Virus record (IMG/VR): IMGVR_UViG_2822225849_000004
Reading direction: 5' to 3' (one strand)
Origin: a virus
DNA length: 64,000 nt
Position 1 is the first letter of the stretch; every line of letters starts with the position of its first letter. The position numbers and the translations under genes are program-made. Below, piece by piece: positions 1 to 10,541 of the stretch. The notes beneath the pieces were generated by a model, which did not search any database, was not told where the DNA came from, and saw only the letters and a program-made list of their open reading frames with translations.

Positions 1-185
1 AGAATTCTTTTTTTGATCAGCGTTTTCAAAAATTTAAAGTGGGCGGGAAATGGTATTTTACGGCTAAAGAAACGAAGGTATTTTTATTAAATTGGCTAAC
101 AGAGAATGAGGTGTAAGAAAAGAAAGACTATCGTCTTAAAAAACAAATCTTATAGGAAAGTCTATTGTAGGGAGGAGGATTAAAC

Positions 186-470
186 ATGGTTTTTAAAGTG
201 ACAAAAAAACCAGGATATGTAAGCAAGAGTACTAATAAAAATGAAGAATTTAGTAATACTAGTTGTTTTGAATCGGAAAAACTTTCGAATAAACAGTTAA
301 AAATGATTTATGCCAAAATGCATATAATAGCATTGAAATATGATGGAGTAATATCAAAAGAAGAAATCAAAAATAAATTAAAAGAAAAACTTAAAATTCA
401 ATCACTGAGTGATCTTACAAGGAAGCAAGCTAATCAGGCTATACAAATATTAATAGGTTGGGAAATTTAA
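186..470 (+). CDS. Hypothetical phage early protein
   Basis: 94-aa ORF with strong RBS (agggaggagg), directly upstream of the replication initiator. Confidence 0.6.
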   Translation: MVFKVTKKPGYVSKSTNKNEEFSNTSCFESEKLSNKQLKMIYAKMHIIALKYDGVISKEEIKNKLKEKLKIQSLSDLTRKQANQAIQILIGWEI

Positions 471-534
471 AAGTTTTGGAGAATCAAACATTTAATATAT
501 AAGAAGTTTAATATATTGATTTTAAGAAAAAGTT

Positions 535-1314
535 ATGGAGGAAGATAAAATGAGTAGTTTGCTAATACAGGATGAGCCACTATTAGTATTACCTCGATTA
601 GCAAGTAAGATTGGGTTGAACGAGGCAATTTTTCTTCAACAAATACATTATTGGCTCAAGCGCTCGAAACATTATTATGATGATCGTTATTGGGTCTATA
701 ATAGCATTACAAATTGGCATAAACAATTCCCGTTTTGGAATGAAAGAACGTTGAAACGTATTGTTAAAAATCTTGAAGAGTTTAACTTATTGATAAGTGG
801 TAACTATAACAAATTAAAGTTTGATAAAACAAAATGGTATTCAATAAATTATAACAGACTAGTTGAATTAGAAATAGATAACGATTGTGACAAATTGTCT
901 CAACGAAAAGAACATATTGTCATGATGGAAAATGATAATATGTCTCAACCAATACCAGAGACTACACAAAAGATTAACACAGAGAATACCACTCAAAAAG
1001 ATATAGTAGAGATAATTAATTATCTCAACAGTGTATGTAATACAAGTTATCGTATTTCAACTAAAAAGACGCAAATGTTAATTAAATCTAGACTACAAGA
1101 GGGATTTAATATAAATGAATTTAAAGAAGTTATTGAGACGAAGGCGAAAGAATGGCTTTATACAGAACAAGCAAAATATTTAAGACCAGAAACCTTATTT
1201 GGAACTAAATTTGAGGGATATTTGCAACAGAGAAAGATGGTGAAATCAAATGGCTTTAACAAAGGTAACAGATATAGTACAAAGTCTTTCGAAGAGAATG
1301 AACTTCCTTTCTGA
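535..1314 (+). CDS. Phage replication initiator (replisome organiser) with conserved phage C-terminal domain
   Basis: N-terminal EPLLVLPRLASKIGLNEAIFLQQIHYWL winged-helix region; C-terminal EIINYLNSVC...YLRPETLFGTKFEGYL; followed by a DnaC-like loader. Confidence 0.85.
   Translation: MEEDKMSSLLIQDEPLLVLPRLASKIGLNEAIFLQQIHYWLKRSKHYYDDRYWVYNSITNWHKQFPFWNERTLKRIVKNLEEFNLLISGNYNKLKFDKTKWYSINYNRLVELEIDNDCDKLSQRKEHIVMMENDNMSQPIPETTQKINTENTTQKDIVEIINYLNSVCNTSYRISTKKTQMLIKSRLQEGFNINEFKEVIETKAKEWLYTEQAKYLRPETLFGTKFEGYLQQRKMVKSNGFNKGNRYSTKSFEENELPF
887..950 (+). repeat. Possible iterons (phage origin) inside the initiator gene
   Basis: Three related motifs about 22-23 bp apart (ttgtctcaac, ttgtcatgat, atgtctcaac) in the initiator linker, the lambda-like ori position. 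Confidence 0.35.
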
Positions 1315-2080
1315 TACATGTCTGATATGTAAGCAGGAGAGAAAGCGAATGGTAAGATTGATGGAGATTCAGGGTGAAACGATTTGTCCAGTATGTCGTT
1401 TAGAAGAAGAAAATAGAAGGTTAGAAAAAGAAATGAATGTTTTTCGTTATGAAAAAGAGGAAAGAAAACGTAAAAGTATATTTTACGATCATAGTCTTAT
1501 TAAAGATGAAACTATTAAATTAGCTAGATTTTCGACATTTATATCAGAGTGTGAAGAGGATGAAAACAATTTAATTTTAGCTAAAAAGGCTCTTACAGAC
1601 TATTTAAATGATATTCGATTTAATTTGATTCTCGTGGGTAAAGTTGGAGCTGGAAAAAGTCATATTGCATACTCTATAGCGCATGAAATGAATGAACAAA
1701 GTTCGAATAAAGTTATGTATGTTACAAGTTCAGAACTCTTTGATTACATACGTTCGACATTTAATACGCAATCATGTGAAACAGAGCATAGCATAACAAA
1801 TATGCTAATTTCTATGGATTTATTAGTCATTGATGATCTAGGAGCAGAGCTAGGGGATATGGATATTAATGATTTAAAAGCAACAGCATTTGTAAATCGT
1901 GTGTTATTTAAACTATTTGATGGACGCCAAGGGAAAAAAACAATTATCACAACGAATTTAACAGGTGAGGCAATTATAAAAGCGTACGATGAAAGAGTTA
2001 CATCTCGTATGTTTAATACATATCGACACATGGAATTTAAAAAAACAAGAGATAAGCGTAAGAGAAAATTACCTTTTTAA
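1250..2080 (+). CDS. DnaC/IstB-like ATPase, helicase loader
   Basis: Zn-binding CxxC...CPxC, Walker A GKVGAGKS, Walker B LLVIDDLGAE, TTN and R(V)TSRM motifs. Confidence 0.9.
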   Translation: MALTKVTDIVQSLSKRMNFLSDTCLICKQERKRMVRLMEIQGETICPVCRLEEENRRLEKEMNVFRYEKEERKRKSIFYDHSLIKDETIKLARFSTFISECEEDENNLILAKKALTDYLNDIRFNLILVGKVGAGKSHIAYSIAHEMNEQSSNKVMYVTSSELFDYIRSTFNTQSCETEHSITNMLISMDLLVIDDLGAELGDMDINDLKATAFVNRVLFKLFDGRQGKKTIITTNLTGEAIIKAYDERVTSRMFNTYRHMEFKKTRDKRKRKLPF

Positions 2081-2310
2081 GAAAAGAATATATATGGTGT
2101 AGGAAATATATATTCAGATAAAAACATATTGTTCAAGAAATTTGTACTGTATGAATTGGTTCTTTTAATTAGCGAGTAAGTGAAGTGATTCGGAAGTTAA
2201 GAAAGAATATGAGGAATGGAAAGAGCATTTGATCAGAAATTACACGTATGTACATTGAAAGTAGTTTTTAAGTTTATTTAATATGTTTTAAATAATTAAA
2301 TGGAGGCATC

Positions 2311-2931
2311 TTGAAAATGAGAACATATAAAGGATTTGAAGCAATTAAACGAATGAAAACAAATTGGATTACAACAGTACAAGAGACACCGATGTGTTGG
2401 AAAATAGAAGGTGAAAGAGTGATTGCTGATTATTTAGGTAAAAAAGAAAGCTATCAACAAATTAATTTCTTTTTTGAGAACGAATTTATAGATTGTAGAG
2501 AAACTATTCGAAAAGGAGAACTATTGTATATTGAAAATGAAAATAGTGAAAAATTTATCGCTGAATATTGTAAAGAAAATGAAAAAGAAATAAAGCATGG
2601 TAGTTGGTTCTGGATTAATGGAGAGGAGTTTTCTAATAATTATGGTCATTTTGAAAAGCGTACGAAATTAAAAATTAGGAAAGCTGAAAAAAGTGAAAAA
2701 TTATTATTTGAACGGGCAAAATTATTCGCTATCAAAGGGCGTAAAATAGATGAATTTAGACTCGGTGATGTAATTGAAAGAGATAATAAATTGTATAAAG
2801 TGGCTATTGTAAAAAGTGGAAGTGAATCTCAAATTGTAGTAGGATGTGTTCCAATTAATGGGGGCGCAATTTGTTATTATAATTCAAAAGATATTGAGAT
2901 TCAATTTTTCGTTGAAGATATGGTGGTGTAG
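2311..2931 (+). CDS. Hypothetical phage protein
   Basis: 206-aa ORF with RBS ggagg and TTG start, in the early region. Confidence 0.7.
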   Translation: MKMRTYKGFEAIKRMKTNWITTVQETPMCWKIEGERVIADYLGKKESYQQINFFFENEFIDCRETIRKGELLYIENENSEKFIAEYCKENEKEIKHGSWFWINGEEFSNNYGHFEKRTKLKIRKAEKSEKLLFERAKLFAIKGRKIDEFRLGDVIERDNKLYKVAIVKSGSESQIVVGCVPINGGAICYYNSKDIEIQFFVEDMVV

Positions 2932-2935
2932 CAAG

Positions 2936-3112
2936 ATGAAGTTATTTTTAATTAATCAACTTATTGAAAATGGAATTTACAAATATAAGGATAAACAATT
3001 GTACGAATTAAATAGTGATGAGTTAATAAAATTAATCAAAAATCATAAGGATAAGAAAATAAATGTTAGCAATACAATATATGAAATAATACATAAAGAA
3101 TGTAAGCCTTAG
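2936..3112 (+). CDS. Fur-regulated basic protein FbpA-like small protein
   Basis: From ATG 2936: LINQLIENGIYKYKDKQLYELNSDEL resembles the FbpA family; the track's 2846 start is probably too far upstream. Confidence 0.55.
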   Translation: MKLFLINQLIENGIYKYKDKQLYELNSDELIKLIKNHKDKKINVSNTIYEIIHKECKP

Positions 3113-3154
3113 TAGCAAATTAATATATGAAATTTAAATTATGGTTAAGGATAA

Positions 3155-3556
3155 ATGATAAGAAAGGGGCTTAACATGTTAAATATAGAATTACCAGTAT
3201 TAAATAAAGAAGCTACAAAAGAAAATGTACTGAAAGCTATAAAGAAATACAGATTATTTATGAAGTGTAATTATCTTAACGAAACGATACTCTCAAAAGA
3301 AAATATATTAAAAGAAAATGCGAAAGAAGAGCGGATCAATTATATTATTGCGATGAACAAAGGGTTAGAAAAGTTAGATATTGAAAGTGATAGAATAATT
3401 ATTCAAAAATATTTGTTAAAGAATCGAGTTAATAGATATGAGGTTATGAAAGAGTTGAATTTATCCGAGGGAGATTATTATAGAAAAAGAAATACCGCTT
3501 TTTACAACTATGCATATGCATTAGGGATTGAGGTTGAGGAGTGTAAAGATTACTAA
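3155..3556 (+). CDS. ArpU-family phage transcriptional regulator
   Basis: ELPVLNKEATKENV...IIIQKYL...VMKELNLSEGDYYRKRNTAFYNYAYALGIEV pattern. Confidence 0.8.
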   Translation: MIRKGLNMLNIELPVLNKEATKENVLKAIKKYRLFMKCNYLNETILSKENILKENAKEERINYIIAMNKGLEKLDIESDRIIIQKYLLKNRVNRYEVMKELNLSEGDYYRKRNTAFYNYAYALGIEVEECKDY

Positions 3557-3582
3557 TAATGAATAAGTTTTTAATACGGATT

Positions 3583-3619
3583 ATAACCACCTGTGTAAAC
3601 AAGCAGGTGGTTATTTTTA
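3583..3619 (+). terminator. Intrinsic terminator
   Basis: ataaccacctg / caggtggttat inverted repeat followed by a T-run. Confidence 0.7.
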
Positions 3620-3827
3620 TGTAAAAAAATGATGAAAAAGAGATAAAAACGAATCGTTATATACATATATCATATAAGTACAAAGTAGCAATGATAAATA
3701 GTATTAAGGAAGATTTTTTAAAAATAATTTTAGTTTTTGGTGAGAAAAAATAAATGGAAATTAAATGTAGATTTAGATGGTCTCTATTTTTAACAATTTT
3801 GCTTTGTTATAAGGGTGGGAATAGTAT

Positions 3828-4328
3828 ATGCGAGATTTAATTATCCAATATAAGGAAACATTATGTAAGTTAGAGCGTGCCAAAATAAGTGCAAAAGAAG
3901 AAGAAATTAAAATATTAACGAGTATGATTAGTGATGTCACATATGCTTTGGAGTGGATGAAGAATGCAAAGATGCCGGGTAATCGCCGGGGAATAGAACG
4001 TAGAGCTGCTTACCAACGAGAAAAATCATATGATTCCTTGTTAATGCAAAGATATTTTCGTAGTACTGATACAACATATGAATGGGATGATGAAAACAAG
4101 GAAAGTGTCATTTCAGAATGGGAGAGAATAAAACTAGAAGATGCGCTCTCTACTTTGACAAAATATGAAAGAGAAATATATATCATGTCAAGAGGAAGAG
4201 GCATTACACAAGAGAAAATTGCTAAATATTTGAATGTTTCAAGAAGCACAATTAAAACGATTCTATATAGATCTGAAATAAAAATTGCTAAACAAGTAAG
4301 AAAAAGTCTTTTCTGCGAAAGTAGTTAA
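3828..4328 (+). CDS. Sigma-70-like positive control factor (PBSX Xpf-like) for late genes
   Basis: MISDVTYALEWMKNAKMPGNRRGIERRAAYQRE N-terminus and C-terminal sigma region-4 HTH (TQEKIAKYLNVSRSTIKT). Confidence 0.85.
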   Translation: MRDLIIQYKETLCKLERAKISAKEEEIKILTSMISDVTYALEWMKNAKMPGNRRGIERRAAYQREKSYDSLLMQRYFRSTDTTYEWDDENKESVISEWERIKLEDALSTLTKYEREIYIMSRGRGITQEKIAKYLNVSRSTIKTILYRSEIKIAKQVRKSLFCESS

Positions 4329-4561
4329 GGCTTTTTCTTATTTACAAACACATTCTTGTCACCATAGTGCCACCTATAAATAGAGAGTAATAAAATAAGT
4401 TTAAATGAAATATAAAAAATGAAGAATGGATACTAGCAAAAAGAATGAATGACCCAAAGGATATCTATAAATTAAATGAGAGATTTTAAAAATGACGGCA
4501 TCTTTTTATTTACTACAAAATAGGCAGTAGTACATGAAAAACTACAGAAGGATGCGATTAG

Positions 4562-4747
4562 ATGTTAGAACAAGATATAGATAAAATGCCAATATGTTCA
4601 ATTTGCCTTGAAAAATGTTTGTGGGTTTTGAAATTTCCAATCACAATTCAGTATTGTGAACAAATGTTTATTCGTGAGGTAGTTGACGACAATATAACAA
4701 CAATATGTATTGAGTGTTTAGAAAAAGAAGTACAAATGATGAGTTAA
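4562..4747 (+). CDS. Small Cys-rich hypothetical protein
   Basis: 61 aa with two CxxC motifs, immediately before the small terminase. Confidence 0.55.
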   Translation: MLEQDIDKMPICSICLEKCLWVLKFPITIQYCEQMFIREVVDDNITTICIECLEKEVQMMS

Positions 4748-5256
4748 AACGGGAGGGACTGCTAGTGGCGCGACCAATGAAATTGAATGATGAGCTGATA
4801 AATAGGTTGACTCAATATATTAAAGTAGGAAATTATATTGAAACCGCATGTGCGTTAGTTGGAATTAGTAGAAGTATAGTTTATGTTTGGTTAAAACAAG
4901 GGCGTAGAGCAATTGAAACGAGTGAAAAGACAGGTGAAGTAGTACCGAGAAAAGATAAGATTTATGTGAAGTTAGTCATGGAAATTGATCAGGCATTAGC
5001 ATTTAGTGAGGCAAGAGACGTTGAGACAATCGGGGAGCATGCAAAATCTAATTGGAAAGCAGCGGCATGGAGATTAGAAAGAAAATTCCCAACTAAATGG
5101 GGAAGGAAAGATCAATTGCAAGCAAACGTAAATCATTCAGGAGAAATGAAAGTAGAGCATAATAAAATGGCCATGAAAATTGGGTGTGATGAGGAAATGC
5201 TTGATTTAGCTATGAAATTATTTGAAAAAGTTCAAGGGGGAGAATTACAATCATGA
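4714..5256 (+). CDS. Terminase small subunit
   Basis: ARPMKLN...HTH (ETACALVGISRSIVYVWL)...AAAWRLERKFPTKWGRKD; ATGA overlap with the next gene. Confidence 0.75.
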   Translation: MFRKRSTNDELKREGLLVARPMKLNDELINRLTQYIKVGNYIETACALVGISRSIVYVWLKQGRRAIETSEKTGEVVPRKDKIYVKLVMEIDQALAFSEARDVETIGEHAKSNWKAAAWRLERKFPTKWGRKDQLQANVNHSGEMKVEHNKMAMKIGCDEEMLDLAMKLFEKVQGGELQS

Positions 5257-6693
5257 CACGGATGAATGTGCATAAGTTAATAGATGAAAATACATTTAAA
5301 GAATTGGCAAAAGTGAACTACCCCTTTCTATGTTCAGTATACACATAAGGGATTCTATAAACATGCAAAACACACAAAATTAATAACAAAGATTTGCCAA
5401 GATTTAATTGAAGAGAAATTATCGACTAATAGATTAATGGTGTTTATGCCACCTAGGCATTCAAAATCACAGTCTATAACAGAAACATTGCCAAGTTGGT
5501 ATTTAGGAAAGTATCCAAATAAGAGAGTTATAGAGGTATCTTATGCATCAAGTTTAGCTGAAAAGTTTGGTAGAAGAAATCGTGCTAAGATTGAAGAGTT
5601 TGGTAAAGAAATATTTAACATTAGAATTGATGAGCGACAAGGTTCAGTAACAGATTGGGCACTACATAACCACTCTGGTGGAATGTTGTCTGTAGGAGTT
5701 GGTGGTTCGATTACAGGGGAAGGAGCAGATTTATTAATTATTGATGACCCTATTAAAAATCGCCAAGAGGCCGAATCAATTACATACCGAAATCGACTAT
5801 GGGATGAATGGGAAGATACTTTATCTACACGTTTACAAAAAGGTGCAAAGGTAATTCTAATTTTGACGCGATGGCATGAGGACGATTTAGCTGGTAGATT
5901 GTTAGAGAAAGAACAGGAGAAATGGACTGTGTTATCAATTCCTGCTATAGCAGAGTCAAAGGATGATCCATTAAACAGAGTAATAGGAAGAGGCTTATGG
6001 GTTGAACACTATGGCCAAAATTATTATGAAGATAAAAAGAAGTTTTCCTCTGCACGCTCATGGTTATCTTTATGGCAACAAAAACCATCAAGTGATATAG
6101 GGAATATTTTTAAAAGGAACTGGTTTCAATATTATGATGTATTACCAAATTGGGAACAATTTGATCAAATTATTACTTCCTGGGATATGGCTTTTGATAA
6201 CACTACAAATAAAAGTTCATTTGTGGTTGGACAGATTTGGGGAAAAGTAGATGGAGACAAATATTTAATTGATCAAGTGAGGGCGCAAATGAATTTCCTA
6301 GAAACAAAGAAAGCATTTGTTGTTTTTCATCATAAATATGAGTCGATTCTTCGGAATTCTGGGTTTAAAAAGTCCATTCCGAAATTAGTTGAAAAAAAAG
6401 CAAATGGCCCTGCCATTATTAGTTCATTAAAGAATGAAATAAGTGGAATCATCCCTATAAATCCACAGGGTTCAAAAGAAACACGTGCTGAGGCGATATC
6501 CCCTGAATTTCAATCTGGAAATGTATATATACCTAATCCTAAAATACAATCTTGGGTATATGATTATGTAGATGAATTAGCTTCTTTCCCATCTGGTAAA
6601 CATAATGATCAAGTAGATACAACGTCACAAGCCTTAGAATACTTTTTTACTAAGCAAAAAAAAATAATGGGTGGAAAAATAAAAAGAGTTTAG
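5253..6693 (+). pseudogene. terL: Terminase large subunit, interrupted by a +1 frameshift at CCCC 5321-5324
   Basis: ATG 5253 frame stops at TAA 5346-5348. Removing one C gives YPFYVQYTHKGFYKHAKH... in frame with ORF 5437-6693 (MPPRHSKS Walker A, IIDDPIKN Walker B, SWDMAF nuclease, HNDQVD). Confidence 0.85.
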
Positions 6694-6759
6694 CTGAACA
6701 TTACATGTTCAGCTTTTTTATATTGGTAAAGTTTTTATGAAAAACATTGAATAAATGAT

Positions 6760-8127
6760 TTGTATATGAAAGGAGGCATAGGTTTTATGGTTGAGAAAAA
6801 AGCAATTAAGAATGTGAAAGTACTTAAATTACAAAGTCGTGAGATGACTTTACATAATGAGGAACTTCAAAGTAAACAAATGGCAATTGATCCGTTTGCA
6901 CAAGTGTACGGTGATAAAGAACTAGTAAAGCCTCCATATGATATGCAAGTATTATTAAATTTGAGAGAAAGTAACCCTATTCACTCGGCATGTATTAGTG
7001 CAAAAGTAAATGATATTGCTGGTATGGGATTTGATTTTGCACCGCTAGATGAAGTGACAGAGGCAAATCAAGAACAATATAAAGAATTAAAGCGTTTTAT
7101 GAGATATTGCAACAATGAAATGACAAGTAGCGAAATACTTAGGGCAGTTTGGGAGGATTATGAAACTGTAGGTTGGGGAATTATAGAGGTTGTTCGTGAT
7201 TTGAAAGGAGAACCAGCGCAGCTTCACCATATTCCAGCACATACGGTACGTGCGCATAAAGATAAGATTCGATTTGCGCAAATTGTAAATAATGAGGAGA
7301 GATGGTTTAAACGATTTAGTTATCCATATGATTTTAGGTTAGTAGATGGAGAAACGATTAGTGATAGCTTAGATGAAAACTCGTTATTAGACACTGAAGA
7401 AAAAGCTGGTGAAGTTATTGTAATTCGTAAATTTGGTTCTAGATCATCATACTATGGTATTCCCGATTATGTGAGTTCTATTGGTTCCATTGTAGGATCA
7501 CAAGCTGTAAGAGATTACAATATTAATTATTTCACTGGTAAAACAATTCCAGATGCTGTTTTGTTTGTTGAGGGTGTTGATGAAATAGATGATTCAGTTG
7601 AAAGAGAATTAAAAACATTTTTCTCTGTTGAAACAAAAGGAGAACATCATAAGTTAGCAGTTGTTCCTGTCCCTGAAGGAGCAAAAGCTCGCTTAGAGAA
7701 ATTAGGGCCTGATGTCAAAGAAGCGAGCTTTCGTTTATATCGTCAAGATAATGCTATGGAAATTTGTGTAGCTCATCGGGTGCCACCATATAGAATTGGT
7801 TGGGCTATGACAGGATCACTTGGGCAGACGACAGCAAAAGAAATGAATGAAATGTATAAACGATCAATTATTGAACCAGGTCAACAAATTTTAGAACATC
7901 GATTAAATACACAATTATTTAAAGAGTTTACAGGGACATTAGGGGAATTGGACTGGCAGTTTCAATTAAATGAAATTGATACAGATGATCGAGCGAGTGA
8001 TATGCAATATGCAATAGATGGATACGAAAAGAGTATATTAACAAGAAATGAATGCCGAAAGGTCATTGGATACGAACCAGTTCTAGAAGGAGATAAATTT
8101 TTAAATGAAGATTCAAATTCGATTTAG
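6760..8127 (+). CDS. Portal protein (PBSX XkdE-like)
   Basis: VKPPYD, SPIHSACISAKVNDIAGMGF, YYGIPDY, NYFTGKTIPDA, ICVAHRVPPYRIG motifs; follows the terminase. Confidence 0.9.
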   Translation: MYMKGGIGFMVEKKAIKNVKVLKLQSREMTLHNEELQSKQMAIDPFAQVYGDKELVKPPYDMQVLLNLRESNPIHSACISAKVNDIAGMGFDFAPLDEVTEANQEQYKELKRFMRYCNNEMTSSEILRAVWEDYETVGWGIIEVVRDLKGEPAQLHHIPAHTVRAHKDKIRFAQIVNNEERWFKRFSYPYDFRLVDGETISDSLDENSLLDTEEKAGEVIVIRKFGSRSSYYGIPDYVSSIGSIVGSQAVRDYNINYFTGKTIPDAVLFVEGVDEIDDSVERELKTFFSVETKGEHHKLAVVPVPEGAKARLEKLGPDVKEASFRLYRQDNAMEICVAHRVPPYRIGWAMTGSLGQTTAKEMNEMYKRSIIEPGQQILEHRLNTQLFKEFTGTLGELDWQFQLNEIDTDDRASDMQYAIDGYEKSILTRNECRKVIGYEPVLEGDKFLNEDSNSI

Positions 8128-8155
8128 TAGTCTTGCTAGAAAGTAGGAATATATT

Positions 8156-9346
8156 ATGCCAAATGAATTGAAAAATGTAGAAATTAGTTATGTTTCATTA
8201 GTAACAAAGGGGGCTAATGGTAGGCCATTTGCAATTATGAAGGGTATGAACATGAATGGCTCTAATGTTTTGAAAAATGTTCCTATTTTAAAGAGGGAAG
8301 ATGAAAAACAACTTGTAACAGGGGTTGTTTATGAACCCAATATAGAAGATGCACATGGTGATATCATGACGGCTGAGGAAATTGAAAGAGCGGCTTATAA
8401 TTTTTTAGAGAAATATAGATACATAGATAAAAACCATGACGAGTTGGCAGGAAAAGGAACAGTAGTAGAAAGCTGGATTTCTAAAAATAATACGGTTGTT
8501 GGAAAACAAAATATTAAAAAAGGAACATGGCTTATGACTGTTCGAGTAGACGATAGTGAAACATGGAAAGAAATCAAAAAAGGGAAAATCACAGGCTTTT
8601 CGATGGGAGGGGTTGGAGAAAGAATGGAGATGCCACAAATGGATGAGTTTACACAAGATGAGAAAGGTGTAATTCGTAAGATGTTTAGTTTTTTTAAGTC
8701 ACAGTATGACGAGGAACAAACTCAGGAGATGGATAATCAGTCATTAAATAATAAACAAAACTCTAAGATGCAAAAGGTATTTAATTTGTTTGAAGATGTA
8801 TTTTATGTTGGGATTTGGGAGGGAAATGTAGATATTAAGCGGATGGTTTCCACCTTAGATGAAATGAAGGACATTTTAAATACAATGAAGGGTGGTGATA
8901 CAGATTTCTCGCCGGAAGATATTACTATTAATTCCATAAATGAAGTAGGCAAAATCTTATATAAGAAAAATGATAAAAAATTTGATGAAATGATTTCTTT
9001 GATGAACCAAATTAAAGAAAATAAGTTACAAAAAAACGCAGATCAAAATGTAGATGAAATTGCAGACATTGTAAAGAGAGAAATGGGTCCTTTTCTCGAG
9101 AGGTTACAGGAGTTGGAAGAACAGTTAAATAAAGAACTTGAATCAACTCATGATACTAATGAATTAGAAAATGACAGAGAATCTAAAAAGACAAGTGAAT
9201 TTATTCAGAAGGTAATAGACCCCATTTCAAAGAGACTTGAAGTAATTGAGCGATCAGCACAAGTTCGTAAAAGTCTTGGGGCTGATGCCAAACCAACAAA
9301 CGAGATGAGAAAACCAGTAAATAAATGGGTAGGATTAGATCTATAA
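8156..9346 (+). CDS. XkdF-like prohead protease/scaffold
   Basis: ISYVSLVTKGANGRPF, VTGVVYEPNIEDAHGD, KKGKITGFSMGG; coiled-coil C-terminus. Confidence 0.85.
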   Translation: MPNELKNVEISYVSLVTKGANGRPFAIMKGMNMNGSNVLKNVPILKREDEKQLVTGVVYEPNIEDAHGDIMTAEEIERAAYNFLEKYRYIDKNHDELAGKGTVVESWISKNNTVVGKQNIKKGTWLMTVRVDDSETWKEIKKGKITGFSMGGVGERMEMPQMDEFTQDEKGVIRKMFSFFKSQYDEEQTQEMDNQSLNNKQNSKMQKVFNLFEDVFYVGIWEGNVDIKRMVSTLDEMKDILNTMKGGDTDFSPEDITINSINEVGKILYKKNDKKFDEMISLMNQIKENKLQKNADQNVDEIADIVKREMGPFLERLQELEEQLNKELESTHDTNELENDRESKKTSEFIQKVIDPISKRLEVIERSAQVRKSLGADAKPTNEMRKPVNKWVGLDL

Positions 9347-10347
9347 AGATAAGGAGAAATGAATCTATGAATAATAAAGAATTATTAGCACGTATTGAAC
9401 GAATTGAAAAGAGTACAATGACAACAGGAGGAATGAAAGCGGGGCTATTATATCCGGAACAAAGTAAAGAATTTTTCCGAATGGTATTTGATGCAACTCC
9501 ATTTTCTCAATTGCATCGCAAAGAGATTCGTAAAGCGAAAAAAGGTGAATTAGATAAAATTGCAATCGGTGGTCGAATTTTACGTAGGAAAATGGAAAAT
9601 AGTGATGATGGCTATCGAGCAGGTGTAGAAACGTCGAAAGTTGAATATGATACAGTTTCTATTCGTTTACCATGGGAGATAACAGAGGAGCTACTTCGAG
9701 AAAATATCGAAGGTGAAGGATATGAAGATACTGTTATGACATTAATGTCAACACAGTTAGGTATTGACCTTGAAGACCTGCATTGGAATGGGGATGTAAC
9801 TTCAGAGGACCCATTTCTACAAATTAATGATGGCTGGTTAAAACAAATTAAACAATCAAGTAAATCTCATATTGTCGATCATTTTAAATTAGTGACGGGA
9901 ACGGGAGATGCTGAAGCTAGCGCTGGGTTTAGTAAAGACTCAATCTTTAATTTATCTAAGGCAATGCCTAATAAATATAAAAATGAAGGTTTAAAGTGGA
10001 TTATGTCACCTGCTCGTAGAGAGAAATGGATTGAATATTTAACAACTCGTTCAACTGGCTTAGGCGATGCTGCGTTATTAGGTACAGGGGATCAAGTTAA
10101 TAAGCCGTTGGGGTATGAGATTGTCACAGTTCCTTCTATTCAAGATGATGTAATTATTTTTGCAGATCCTAAAAACTTTATTGCGGTAAATACGTATGAC
10201 ACGCGAGTTCGTAAGACTGTAGAAGGTAAATCTGCTGTTATGGAAGATAAGCGATTCTATGTTATTCATTTGGATGATGATGCAGTTATTCAAGAAATGG
10301 ACGCAGTAGCAATTCTTACTAATATACCTGATAATTTTGGGAATTAA
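9325..10347 (+). CDS. Major capsid protein (XkdG-like, HK97 fold); likely start ATG 9367
   Basis: GLLYPEQSKEF, ELLRENIEGEGYEDT, QINDGWLK, YVIHLDDD motifs; position after the scaffold. Confidence 0.9.
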   Translation: MGRIRSIKIRRNESMNNKELLARIERIEKSTMTTGGMKAGLLYPEQSKEFFRMVFDATPFSQLHRKEIRKAKKGELDKIAIGGRILRRKMENSDDGYRAGVETSKVEYDTVSIRLPWEITEELLRENIEGEGYEDTVMTLMSTQLGIDLEDLHWNGDVTSEDPFLQINDGWLKQIKQSSKSHIVDHFKLVTGTGDAEASAGFSKDSIFNLSKAMPNKYKNEGLKWIMSPARREKWIEYLTTRSTGLGDAALLGTGDQVNKPLGYEIVTVPSIQDDVIIFADPKNFIAVNTYDTRVRKTVEGKSAVMEDKRFYVIHLDDDAVIQEMDAVAILTNIPDNFGN

Positions 10348-10363
10348 GTAAGGTAATTTGTAT

Positions 10364-10528
10364 ATGAAGATTATAGAATTAAAATTAGGCGGTACATATA
10401 CTGCATATGGCTATACTTTTTTTAACGGAGTAAAGGAAAAGGTTGCAAATGAAAAAGCAAACTATTTACTAAGTACAGGACATTTTAAGTTAATAGATAG
10501 TATAGAGGTTAAAAAGAAAGAGAAGTAA
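10364..10528 (+). CDS. YqbF-like small head-associated protein (below track cutoff)
   Basis: 54-aa ORF MKIIELKLGGTYTAYGYTFFNGVKEKVANEKANYLLSTGHF fills the capsid-connector gap. Confidence 0.6.
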   Translation: MKIIELKLGGTYTAYGYTFFNGVKEKVANEKANYLLSTGHFKLIDSIEVKKKEK

Positions 10529-10541
10529 AAGAGGTGGAAGG

